DNA of 64,000 nt from a virus. Position numbers and translations under genes: made by a program. The first letter of the stretch is position 1. Each line of letters starts with the position of its first letter. Below, piece after piece: positions 1 through 8,767 of the stretch. Under the pieces are notes generated by a model. It did not search any database, was not told where the DNA came from, and saw nothing but the letters and a program-made list of their open reading frames with translations. The stretch lies in IMG/VR virus record IMGVR_UViG_3300046167_000876, one strand, 5' to 3'.

Positions 1-1
1 A

Positions 2-322
2 AATTGGGTTTGGGACTTTGGAGGTATGAAAAGAGCTAAAACTAAAATAGATGGTAAGTCTCCTAAAGAATGGATGGATTATATGTTTGATCATACTTTA
101 ATTGTTGCTGAAGATGACCCATTTTTAGAAGCATTTAAGCAAATGGAAGAATCAGAAGTAGCTCAAGTTAGAGTAATCCCAGCTACTGGTGCAGAAAAAT
201 TTGCTGAATATATTTATACTAAATTAAATAGTTTTGTTCAAACTGAAACTGAAGGTAGAGTAAGAGTTACTAAAGTTAAGTTTGCGGAACATGGAAAAAA
301 TGCTGCTTATTACAGCGAGTAA
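2..322 (+). CDS. queD: 6-carboxy-5,6,7,8-tetrahydropterin synthase (QueD/PTPS), 5'-truncated by the window edge
   Basis: Frame open from base 2 (NWVWDFGGMK...); FDHT, TGAEKFAEYIY and C-terminal EHGKNAAYY motifs; adjacent to queE and folE. Confidence 0.85.
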   Translation, partial: NWVWDFGGMKRAKTKIDGKSPKEWMDYMFDHTLIVAEDDPFLEAFKQMEESEVAQVRVIPATGAEKFAEYIYTKLNSFVQTETEGRVRVTKVKFAEHGKNAAYYSE

Positions 323-331
323 GTTATAATA

Positions 332-1150
332 GTGAATGAAAAACCACTTAAAAAAATTAACAATATGCACAAACAATTGAAACGTATTGAGGATTACGAT
401 AAAAATCTTCCGATTGTAGAAGTTTATACTGCAGTCCAATCTGAAGGCTCTAGAGCAGGATACCCCACAGTAGTAATTAGAACAACAGGATGCACTCACA
501 GATGTTATTTCGGTGAAGGTGGTTGGTGTGATAGTTGGTATACAAGTATCCACCCAGAAAAAGGCCAATTTAATTTTAATAATATTATACAAAAGTATAA
601 AGATAATCCTCATATTAAAGAGATGATGCTTACTGGTGGTTCACCTACTATGCATCCCGCTTTAGTAAATGAGTTAACCCATTTTGCACATGAAAATGAT
701 ATATTCATTACTATCGAAACTGAAGGATCTCATTTCCTCCCCACTGATTATCCTATTAATCTTTTGTCAATTTCTCCTAAGTTTAGTAATAGCGTTCCCG
801 TTGTTGGTGTTGCTACTCCTCAAGGAGGAATTACAGACGAAAGGATGGTTAAAAAACATAATTCGAAAAGGTTGAATTATGAAGCAATGAAACAATCAAT
901 TGCTTACCACTCAGACTATCATATTAAACCAGTATGGGATGGTAAAGATGAAGATGCGTTAGCTGAAATTATGGATTGTTTAGAAAAACTTGAAGTATCC
1001 CAAGATAAAGTTTGGTTTATGCCCGCAGGTGATTCAAGAGAAGCATTATTTAAATCATACCCCATATTATTTGATTGGGTAAGAGATAATGGTTACAGAA
1101 TGACTTGGAGACCCCACATTATAGCATTTGAAGATCAAAGAGAAGTATAA
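332..1150 (+). CDS. queE: 7-carboxy-7-deazaguanine synthase (radical SAM)
   Basis: EVYTAVQSEG..GYPTVVIRTTGC, CTHRC-X7-CDS, LTGGSP, IETEG, SISPK, RPHI motifs; start may be ATG 365. Confidence 0.9.
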   Translation: MNEKPLKKINNMHKQLKRIEDYDKNLPIVEVYTAVQSEGSRAGYPTVVIRTTGCTHRCYFGEGGWCDSWYTSIHPEKGQFNFNNIIQKYKDNPHIKEMMLTGGSPTMHPALVNELTHFAHENDIFITIETEGSHFLPTDYPINLLSISPKFSNSVPVVGVATPQGGITDERMVKKHNSKRLNYEAMKQSIAYHSDYHIKPVWDGKDEDALAEIMDCLEKLEVSQDKVWFMPAGDSREALFKSYPILFDWVRDNGYRMTWRPHIIAFEDQREV

Positions 1151-1314
1151 TGAATAAAATTTGGAGGTATTGGGCTAGAGCATTAGGTGAAAAGGTAGGA
1201 GAAGATAATAAAAAAGCAGATACTGTAGCTTGGATTAGAACTTTTATTATAGCGCAAGCTGTAATAACAAACCTGCTTATAGCTATTAACATTTTAATAG
1301 TTTGGTTTGGATAA
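1150..1314 (+). CDS. small membrane protein (54 aa, MNKIWRYWARALGEK...), not in ORF track
   Basis: ATG overlaps queE stop (TAATG); hydrophobic C-terminal helix. Confidence 0.65.
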   Translation: MNKIWRYWARALGEKVGEDNKKADTVAWIRTFIIAQAVITNLLIAINILIVWFG

Positions 1315-1444
1315 GCAAGAAGCCCTTCGTATATTAGAGGAAATAGAAGAAAATGTTAATACCTGCTGTGCTATTACTATGGAACCAGATGATGTATTAG
1401 TATTAATAGATAAATTGAAAGAATATTTAAATGAAAAAAATTAA
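1307..1444 (+). CDS. hypothetical protein (45 aa, TTG start)
   Basis: Open frame DKQEALRILEEIEEN...YLNEKN filling the gap; codon usage typical of this genome. Confidence 0.45.
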   Translation: MDKQEALRILEEIEENVNTCCAITMEPDDVLVLIDKLKEYLNEKN

Positions 1445-1515
1445 AAATATAGTTATATTAAAAATATTTTTATTTAAATTATGGTTACAAAGAATTAAAA
1501 TTAAAATCAAGTTAA

Positions 1516-2214
1516 ATGTCAGAAAATAAACGTAGAAAAGTTCATGAAGAATTAGAAGTAGTAAAAGTAGGTTATGCGAATGGTGTTGCAGAAGGATTTC
1601 CCTTTACAGATAAAGAAAAATTAAAAATGATTGATAAAGCAGAAAAAGCTTATGGTAAGTTTTTAGATGCTTTAAAATGTGATTGGAGAGATGATCCCAA
1701 TTCAATGGAAACACCTCGACGAGTAGCTAAAGCTTATGTGAATGATCTATGGGCTGGTAGATACACAGCAATGTCCCCAATTACATCATTTCCCTCGGAT
1801 GGTTATGATGGTATTGTTATTGAACGTAACATACCATTAACTTCAATGTGTTCTCATCACCATCAAACAATTGGAGGTGTAGTTCATATTGGATATATAG
1901 CAGGAGAAGGTGGTCAAGTAATTGGTTTATCTAAATTAAACAGAATTGTAGAATTATTTGGTCGTAGAGGAGCAATACAAGAACAATTAACATCAGCAAT
2001 CCATAATGCTGTAGATAAAATTACAGAAGGAAATAAAGGTGTTATTGTTACTATAGTAGGTACTCATAATTGTGTATCTTGTAGAGGAGTTAAACATCAG
2101 GGTGCAGCAATGGTTACAACTAAAGCATCAGGTGTATTTAAAGATAATAAAAATTTAGCTCGTAAAGAATTCTTTGATAGTCTTAAAATTAATAACGGGG
2201 GACATAATATATAA
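1516..2214 (+). CDS. folE: GTP cyclohydrolase I
   Basis: ETPRRVAKAY, SMCSHH, IGLSKLNRIV, IQEQLT, HNCVSCRGV motifs. Confidence 0.95.
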   Translation: MSENKRRKVHEELEVVKVGYANGVAEGFPFTDKEKLKMIDKAEKAYGKFLDALKCDWRDDPNSMETPRRVAKAYVNDLWAGRYTAMSPITSFPSDGYDGIVIERNIPLTSMCSHHHQTIGGVVHIGYIAGEGGQVIGLSKLNRIVELFGRRGAIQEQLTSAIHNAVDKITEGNKGVIVTIVGTHNCVSCRGVKHQGAAMVTTKASGVFKDNKNLARKEFFDSLKINNGGHNI

Positions 2215-2219
2215 GAGAA

Positions 2220-2678
2220 ATGGCATTAGTAGACAAATCAGAAAATAAAATATATTTAAGTTGGGGAGATATTAATGATGCGGTTGATAACTTATGTAAC
2301 AAGATTAGACATGATCAACCCAACATAGACTCAATCCATGGTATTGCTAGGGGAGGATTAATTCCCGCAGTTTTAATTTCTCATAAATTAGGTTTACCTT
2401 GGACTGATGTTATTTTACCTAATACTTTAGTAGTAGATGATGTATGTGATTCAGGGGTAACATTAGAAAATGCACCAGGTGTTTGGACAGCAGTATTACA
2501 TTATAAACCCCACACATCATGTTTTCAACCTAGTATATGGGCAGAAATACATGAAGGTGATGAGTGGTTAATTTACCCTTGGGAAACTAAAGATTCAAAA
2601 CCTATTCAAGATTATTTAAAACCTGGAGCTAAAGAATATAGAGATAAACTAGATGAATATTATAAATCAAATGAATAA
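2220..2678 (+). CDS. purine phosphoribosyltransferase (xanthine-guanine PRT-like, type I)
   Basis: GIARGGLIPA, PRPP-binding VVDDVCDSGVTL, WLIYPWE. Confidence 0.85.
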   Translation: MALVDKSENKIYLSWGDINDAVDNLCNKIRHDQPNIDSIHGIARGGLIPAVLISHKLGLPWTDVILPNTLVVDDVCDSGVTLENAPGVWTAVLHYKPHTSCFQPSIWAEIHEGDEWLIYPWETKDSKPIQDYLKPGAKEYRDKLDEYYKSNE

Positions 2679-2680
2679 AT

Positions 2681-2878
2681 ATGGAATATTGGCAAATTAA
2701 AACTCAAAATGAATTTGAGAATGAAAGAGGTAGGATACAAAAAACAACTGAATTATATTTAGTAGTAGCAGTATCAGCAACGGATGCAGAAGCTAAGATG
2801 TACAAACATAATGAAGGTATGTCTAATTTTAGAGTTGTAGAAGTAAAGAAAACCAAATTTTTAGAAGTAATAAGCTAA
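2681..2878 (+). CDS. hypothetical protein resembling small Bacteroidota DUF4494-type proteins
   Basis: GRIQKTTELYLVVAVSATDAEAK pattern; tightly coupled to neighbours. Confidence 0.55.
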   Translation: MEYWQIKTQNEFENERGRIQKTTELYLVVAVSATDAEAKMYKHNEGMSNFRVVEVKKTKFLEVIS

Positions 2879-3417
2879 TGGGAAAACAATTAGAATTATT
2901 TAGCAAAGCCGACGTGCCCTTTGTTAATGAAGTAGAAACTTTTAACCGCACGTTCGGAAAACCAAACAATTATGAACCGACAATACCAGAAAAAAAGGAG
3001 TGGGAATTCGTATACGACTTTGTACTTGAAGAATTGGAAGAATATAGACAGGCTTGCGAAAACGGAGACATCGTGGAAGTTTTGGATGCTCTGTGTGATA
3101 TTGCTTACGTTTCCCTTGGGAACGGTACTATGTTACACGGCCTTAAAGATAAGATATGGCCTGCATATCAAGAAGTACAAGGAAGCAATATGTCGAAGTC
3201 TTGTAGCACTAAAGAGGAAGCCATGGAAACTGTCACCCTCCGCTCTAAAGAACAAGATGAGCCATGTCACTTTGAACAGATCGAAGACCGATTCGTAGTA
3301 TACAGAACACGTGATCGTAAAGTAATGAAATCAATTAATTACTATAGACCAGATTTAAAACAATTCTTTACAGGAGATGAATTACAAAAATTCCATAAAC
3401 CAGCAACCTTTATTTAA
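2878..3417 (+). CDS. MazG-superfamily nucleoside triphosphate pyrophosphohydrolase (PRA-PH-like/dUTPase-like)
   Basis: EELEEY...EVLDALCDIAYV acidic helical motif and EVQGSNMSK. Confidence 0.8.
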   Translation: MGKQLELFSKADVPFVNEVETFNRTFGKPNNYEPTIPEKKEWEFVYDFVLEELEEYRQACENGDIVEVLDALCDIAYVSLGNGTMLHGLKDKIWPAYQEVQGSNMSKSCSTKEEAMETVTLRSKEQDEPCHFEQIEDRFVVYRTRDRKVMKSINYYRPDLKQFFTGDELQKFHKPATFI

Positions 3418-5168
3418 TGTATAAAAAGTGTTATTTAGGAGATAAAATAAAACCTAATGTTTTTCAAATGCATCTTTGGGAAGAAGATGGGGGACATCAA
3501 ATTATTGAATATGAAAATGTAGCATATCAAGAATGTACTGAAGAAGAACATACACATAAAGGATTAAATGGAGAATTTTTAAAATCCCAACCTAAATGGT
3601 TTTATTCTAAAAATCCGGATTATAGTCATAAAAATACACCTGGTTTACATTTCCATGATATGAAACCTCATCAAAAATTTTTAGTTGAGCGTTATGGTGT
3701 AAATGATGTTCCTTCTAAGGGACATAGAGAAGTATTTTTTGATATTGAGTGTGAAATAGGAGGAGCATTAACTGAAGAATATATTGAAGATGCTCCTATG
3801 CCTATTACTTCTATTGCTTGGTGGGATAAACAAAAAGATTATTGGTCTATACTTATTTTAGATAAAAAAAATCAACTATCACATACTAAAACAGGAAAAA
3901 ATAAAAATAAAGAAATTATTCCTTGTACTACAGAAAATGAATTGTTAGCTAAATTTATTGAAGCTATAAGAGAGATGGATCCCGATATACTAGTAGGTTA
4001 CAACTCAGATTATTTTGATATACCTTATTTATATTATAGAATGTGTAGAACAATAGGTAAAGATTGGGCTGATCATTTATCTCCTATTGGTAAAGTAGTT
4101 TCTAAGAAAAATAATAAATATTTTTTTAAACAAAATCAATATGTAGATATTGTAGGTATTGAATCTTTAGATTATATTCGTTTACATAAAAAATATAGTT
4201 GGAAAGATGAACCAAGTTGGAAATTAGATGCAATTGGGGCCAAATATGTAGGTATGAATAAAGTTGAATATGATGGAAATTTAGATCAACTATTTGAAAC
4301 TGATATTCATAAATTTATTCAATATAACTTTGTTGATGTAGAAATTTTACAAAAGTTAGATGAAAAATTACAATATTTAGCTTTAACTAAAAACTTATCC
4401 CATAAAGGTAAGCATAATTATAGTGAAGTTTATTCTAATAGTATTACTCAAGATGGAGCAATTTCTGCTTATTTATTATCCCAAAATATAGTTCCACCTC
4501 CTAAAGAACCTTTCCCTCAAAAGAAAGATAGTTATGCAGGAGGATATCTTTTTTGCCCTAAAGCAGGATTATACAAATATATGTTTGATGAAGATTTAAC
4601 ATCGTTATACCCATCTATAATTATGTCAATTAACATTGGTAAAGAAACATTCGTGGGTCGTATTATAGATGCAGATGACCGTAATAATAGATTGGGTCTT
4701 AACGATTTAAAAGAACGTGACCCCGAAGAAAAATTATTAGTAGAAAATGCAAAACGAAAACAAACCTATGTTAATGCTGGTAGGTTAGTTGAAATGATCA
4801 AACAAAATGATTTAGCAGTAGCGGCTAATGGTTCAATGTTTAGAACAGATAAAGAAGCAGTATTATCCACTATACTTAAAAAATGGTTTAAGGAGCGTGT
4901 TATTTATAAAAATGCAATGAAAAAAGCATATAAAGAAGGAAACAAAGAATTAGGTGAATATAATCATTTAATGCAATACACAATGAAAATTCTTTTAAAT
5001 TCATTGTATGGTGCAACTGCATTACCTTCATTTAGGTATGGTATGAATTTCCAAACCCTAAGTGAAGCAATTACATTATCAGGACACAGAATAATCCAAG
5101 AATCAGCCCTTTGTGCTAATAGACATATGAATAAAGTTATGCGAGGGGAATTAAAATTAGAAATATGA
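3417..5168 (+). CDS. family B DNA polymerase, N-terminal gene (3'-5' exonuclease plus palm motifs A and B)
   Basis: FDIEC (ExoI), GYNSDYFDIPY (ExoII), YNFVDV (ExoIII), YAGG, DLTSLYPSII (motif A), KILLNSLYG (motif B); ends before motif C. Confidence 0.92.
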   Translation: MYKKCYLGDKIKPNVFQMHLWEEDGGHQIIEYENVAYQECTEEEHTHKGLNGEFLKSQPKWFYSKNPDYSHKNTPGLHFHDMKPHQKFLVERYGVNDVPSKGHREVFFDIECEIGGALTEEYIEDAPMPITSIAWWDKQKDYWSILILDKKNQLSHTKTGKNKNKEIIPCTTENELLAKFIEAIREMDPDILVGYNSDYFDIPYLYYRMCRTIGKDWADHLSPIGKVVSKKNNKYFFKQNQYVDIVGIESLDYIRLHKKYSWKDEPSWKLDAIGAKYVGMNKVEYDGNLDQLFETDIHKFIQYNFVDVEILQKLDEKLQYLALTKNLSHKGKHNYSEVYSNSITQDGAISAYLLSQNIVPPPKEPFPQKKDSYAGGYLFCPKAGLYKYMFDEDLTSLYPSIIMSINIGKETFVGRIIDADDRNNRLGLNDLKERDPEEKLLVENAKRKQTYVNAGRLVEMIKQNDLAVAANGSMFRTDKEAVLSTILKKWFKERVIYKNAMKKAYKEGNKELGEYNHLMQYTMKILLNSLYGATALPSFRYGMNFQTLSEAITLSGHRIIQESALCANRHMNKVMRGELKLEI

Positions 5169-5429
5169 CATTAAAAAAACAATCTATTAGAAAAAATCAA
5201 CTAATTACTGTAGAAGGTAAACCTATATCTAAAGAAGAAATAATCACTAGAAGTGAAAAATGGAGTGAAATCCAAGAGAATTTTTTTAAAAAAATGCTTA
5301 AACAAGGGGGGAACATTTAAAGTAGCGGGAATAAAATATAAAGTAGAATTAATTGAAAGAAGTGATTTAGACTCTAACGGAAATAAACCAATAACTGTAC
5401 CACCATTACCAGGTGAAAGAACATTTTAA
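5165..5429 (+). CDS. hypothetical protein (~87 aa) broken by one extra G in the G6 run at 5306-5311
   Basis: MTLKKQSIRK...KMLKQGG continues as TFKVAGIKYK...GERTF* if one G is removed; ATGA overlap with the polymerase stop. Confidence 0.55.
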
Positions 5430-5431
5430 TT

Positions 5432-6127
5432 ATGATATTACAAGAGGCATTTAATTGGTATTTAAATTATAACCCAAATACTGATTCTTTAAGATCTTCT
5501 CAATTAAATAAAGTAATTGGGGAAATAGAAGATGAATTTATTAGTAATTTTGATTCTTCTAAAAAAATAATTTGTATAGAAACAGGTGCTTCCCATAATT
5601 GGAATGATGGTTGTGTTGGAGCTTTTTTTGCAAAATTATGTGAATTAACAAATGGGAAATTCTATTCTGTAGATATAAATTCTGAATTAATTGATAATAG
5701 TAAAACATTATATAATAGCTTAGGATTTACTAATATAACTCATCATATTGATGACTCAGTAAATTATTTAAAGAATACAAAAGTTATTCCTAATATAGTT
5801 CATTTGGATTCATGGGATTTAAATCTTCGAGATCCTTTTCCTAGTGCATTACATGGGTGGAATGAATTTTTAGCTATTGAAGATAAAATGCCTTTAGGGT
5901 CTCTTTTAATTATAGATGATAATTATTTTAATGGAACTTGGGTTAATTGGAAAGATAATCGTAATGATAAAGAATGGGATAGAGTAACAATTAATTATCC
6001 AATTGTAGGTAAAGGAAGTCATATTTACAGTTATGTTGAAAGTGGTAATAGTAATTGGATAAAATTAAGTAATGACCATGTTGGAACAAATGAAAAATTA
6101 GTTTATAAAAAAGTAAAATTATGTTAG
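5432..6127 (+). CDS. class I SAM-dependent methyltransferase-like protein
   Basis: ICIETG, YSVDIN, DDSVNYL, VHLDS, LIIDDN pattern of Methyltransf_24-like proteins. Confidence 0.65.
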   Translation: MILQEAFNWYLNYNPNTDSLRSSQLNKVIGEIEDEFISNFDSSKKIICIETGASHNWNDGCVGAFFAKLCELTNGKFYSVDINSELIDNSKTLYNSLGFTNITHHIDDSVNYLKNTKVIPNIVHLDSWDLNLRDPFPSALHGWNEFLAIEDKMPLGSLLIIDDNYFNGTWVNWKDNRNDKEWDRVTINYPIVGKGSHIYSYVESGNSNWIKLSNDHVGTNEKLVYKKVKLC

Positions 6128-6504
6128 TAGAAATTTCAAACGGAGAATTATTAGATAAAATTTCAATTTTAGAGTTAAAATTACTTAAAATTGAAGATGA
6201 AGAAAAACTAATAAATATTAAAAAAGAATTTGAAACATTAAACCCTTTAGTAATAGAACTATTTGAAAAGTATGATGGTCAATTACAAAATCATTATCTT
6301 GAATTAGCTAAAATTAATGGTCAACTTTGGGATATAGAAGATTGGATTAGAGATTGTGAACGTGAAAAGAGATTTGATAAAGAATTTGTAGAACTAGCCC
6401 GTTCTGTGTATATTACCAATGATAAAAGATGTGAAGTTAAAAAATTAATCAATTTAATGACCTCATCAGGATTAGTAGAAGAAAAATCATATAAAGAATA
6501 TTAA
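6121..6504 (+). CDS. DUF6165-like helical protein
   Basis: VEISNGELLDKISILELK...INGQLWDIED..R...FVELARSVYITNDKR..K..IN...EEKSY. Confidence 0.75.
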   Translation: MLVEISNGELLDKISILELKLLKIEDEEKLINIKKEFETLNPLVIELFEKYDGQLQNHYLELAKINGQLWDIEDWIRDCEREKRFDKEFVELARSVYITNDKRCEVKKLINLMTSSGLVEEKSYKEY

Positions 6505-7439
6505 TGAAACATTTAGAAGAAACACCTTGGTGGATATGTGATACAGATGATGAAAATTATTGTGCCTACGTTGATACTGATTCTAATTATTTTAATGCTG
6601 AACCTTTACTTTTTAAGTTATATCCTAATTTTGAAGAATTATCTGCAGAAAAAAAAGATGATATTTTAGAAAAGGTAGCAATGAAATATCAAGATGTAAT
6701 TAATGAAGATTATGATAGATTAGCTAAAGAGTGTTTTAATGTAACTGAACATCGACTTGAAATGAAAACTGAATGTGTTATTCGTTCAGCTTATTTTAGA
6801 GCAACTCGTCGTTATGCTCAATGGATTACTAAACAAGAAGGAATTGCTAAAGAATCTTTAGATATTAAAGGTTTGGAATTTATGAAAGCAAATTTTCCAC
6901 CTATCTTAGGATCATTTTTTAATGACATACTTCAACAGGTACTAAAAGGTGAAGAAAAATCTAGTATTTTAGATCAAATTAAAATATTTAAAAAACAAAT
7001 CTTAGATGGTACAATACCACTTACTAAACTAGGTAATCCATCAGCAGTTAAAAAATTAGAAAAATACTCGGGTAAAAATGCTAGAGCAGGAGAAATGTTT
7101 ACAGAAATACTTAAAGGAGCTCCTGCACCTGTACGTGCTACAATTCGTTATAATGATTTATTAAGGTTATGGCAATTAGATAAAAAATATAATTTAATTA
7201 CACAAGCAGATAAAGTTAAATGGATTTATTTAAGAGATAACCCTTATAAAATAGAAGCATTAGCATTTCAAGATTTTGATGTGCCTGAAAAAATTAATGA
7301 TTTTTTAAATGCTTATGCTGATAGACAAAAAGTATTTGATTCAATATTATTAAATAAATTAGAAGGATTCTTTAGTGACTTACAATGGTCATTAGATTTA
7401 AATCCTTATACAAATGCATTAGCATCTTTTGAGATATAA
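6504..7439 (+). CDS. family B DNA polymerase, C-terminal gene (motif C plus thumb)
   Basis: YVDTDS catalytic motif C, RRYA, IKGLE, GAPAPVRATIRYN. Confidence 0.92.
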   Translation: MKHLEETPWWICDTDDENYCAYVDTDSNYFNAEPLLFKLYPNFEELSAEKKDDILEKVAMKYQDVINEDYDRLAKECFNVTEHRLEMKTECVIRSAYFRATRRYAQWITKQEGIAKESLDIKGLEFMKANFPPILGSFFNDILQQVLKGEEKSSILDQIKIFKKQILDGTIPLTKLGNPSAVKKLEKYSGKNARAGEMFTEILKGAPAPVRATIRYNDLLRLWQLDKKYNLITQADKVKWIYLRDNPYKIEALAFQDFDVPEKINDFLNAYADRQKVFDSILLNKLEGFFSDLQWSLDLNPYTNALASFEI

Positions 7440-7458
7440 AATAAACTTCGTATATTAC
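7428..7458 (+). promoter_or_regulatory. Bacteroidota-type -33/-7 promoter; predicted +1 coincides with the ATG of the clamp gene
   Basis: TTTG-N19-TATATTAC with the shared TTCG-TATATT core. Confidence 0.6.
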
Positions 7459-7462
7459 AACT

Positions 7463-8185
7463 ATGGTAAATAAAACAACACTAACATCAGTTATTTCAAA
7501 ATATTATTTAAATGGTTTAAATAATCAAGTAAAATGGCGTATTAAAGATAACCAATTAACTGTTTATGCGGGTGAAAATGGTAGAGTATGTAAAGTAATA
7601 CATAATAATTTTAACCTTGAAGACTCAGAATTAGGTGTATTTGATACTCATAAACTTAGTAAATTACTTTCTATCACCAACGGTGAATTAAATATTTCAC
7701 TTGAAAAAATTAAAGCGGTTTATACTAAAATACATATCGCTGATTTAAACTTTGATTTAACTTATTCATTAGCTGATATTTTAATTTTAGGTAAAAATAC
7801 TTATTATGAAGATCCTGAAGAATTTGAAATACAAATTGATTTAACAAATGAAGATATTAATCATTTAATTAAAGCTAAAAGTGCTTTAGCTGATGTTAAT
7901 AATATGTTAATCACAAGTACCACAGATATGGATGGGACTAATATATGTGAAATTATATTTGGTGATAATACAGGATTTTCAAATAAAATTACTTATCAGC
8001 TTAGAGGTAATATTACTAAAGGAGATATTCAAATTCCTTTTGATTCAGATATATTTAAAGATATTTTAAATGCTAATAAAGATATGGAAAGTGGTACACT
8101 GAAAATATCTGAAGTAGGAATGTTAAAATTAAATTTTTCAACAACAGAAACAGAAAGTGAATACTTTATTGCAAGAAATGAGTAA
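7463..8185 (+). CDS. DNA polymerase sliding clamp (T4 gp45-like)
   Basis: 240 aa; ELGVFDTHKLSKLLS and C-terminal LKISEVGMLKLNF..EYFIA patterns; lies between the polymerase and clamp loader. Confidence 0.75.
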   Translation: MVNKTTLTSVISKYYLNGLNNQVKWRIKDNQLTVYAGENGRVCKVIHNNFNLEDSELGVFDTHKLSKLLSITNGELNISLEKIKAVYTKIHIADLNFDLTYSLADILILGKNTYYEDPEEFEIQIDLTNEDINHLIKAKSALADVNNMLITSTTDMDGTNICEIIFGDNTGFSNKITYQLRGNITKGDIQIPFDSDIFKDILNANKDMESGTLKISEVGMLKLNFSTTETESEYFIARNE

Positions 8186-8205
8186 ACACATATGTATAAT
8201 AGAAC

Positions 8206-8735
8206 ATAAAATGGAGCTAGGGCACGTGTTATGTTTAAATTAAATTAACCGAGAGCTACGGCCTCACAAAACTAAATGATATGAGTACATTATTCAATGA
8301 ACGTACACCGTTCGACTTACTATTCCGTAACTTTTTTAAAGCAGACGGATCTTTTCAACCAACAACGTTTGACAACAAACAACCTCACCCACTAGATATT
8401 TTTTACGACGAAGAAGGGCTTCACTTTGAGATTGCCTGTACTGGTCTAACTAAAAAAGATATTCAACTAGAAATAGATGGAGATCTTTTAAAAATTATCT
8501 ATGATAAACCAAAAGAAGAAGAAGATTATTCTGGTTATATCTATAAAGGATTAGCTAAACGATCTTTTAATCTAGGTTATAAAGTAGCAGCTAAATTTGA
8601 ACTTGAAAGTTTAACTGCTGGAATGAAAGATGGCTTACTTCATATTTTTATTCCAATAGCTGAATCTAAGAAGCCAAAAACAATTAAAATTCAATAATAA
8701 GTTTTATTAAAAAAGCGTGTCCTAGCGCATTTTAT
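8206..8735 (+). repeat. long-range inverted repeat flanking hsp20 (arms 8206-8227 and 8715-8735)
   Basis: ATAAAATG-GA-GCTAGGGCACGT pairs with GCGTGTCCTAGC-G-CATTTTAT (8+12 bp, two G.U pairs). Confidence 0.75.
8281..8697 (+). CDS. small heat shock protein (Hsp20/alpha-crystallin)
   Basis: PLDIF..EIACTGLTKKDIQL..GDLLKI, YIYKGLAKRSF, AGMKDGLLHIFIP, KPKTIKI. Confidence 0.92.
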   Translation: MSTLFNERTPFDLLFRNFFKADGSFQPTTFDNKQPHPLDIFYDEEGLHFEIACTGLTKKDIQLEIDGDLLKIIYDKPKEEEDYSGYIYKGLAKRSFNLGYKVAAKFELESLTAGMKDGLLHIFIPIAESKKPKTIKIQ

Positions 8736-8747
8736 TTCGTATATTAA
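8716..8747 (+). promoter_or_regulatory. -33/-7 promoter (variant -33) overlapping the 3' arm of the hsp20 duplex
   Basis: CGTG-N20-TATATTAA with the TTCGTATATT core. Confidence 0.5.
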
Positions 8748-8767
8748 CGTCTAAATAAATAAGTTAT

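Noticed and set aside
1306-1337. Promoter TTTG-N20-TATATTAG upstream of folE
   Set aside because: Fits the consensus but lies inside two small ORFs; not listed as a feature without TSS data. The same applies to the copy at 24471-24502
5100-6580. Intein, split intein or self-splicing intron in the polymerase
   Set aside because: No intein blocks or terminal HN, no homing endonuclease, no group I/II structure; the gap is filled by ordinary coupled genes
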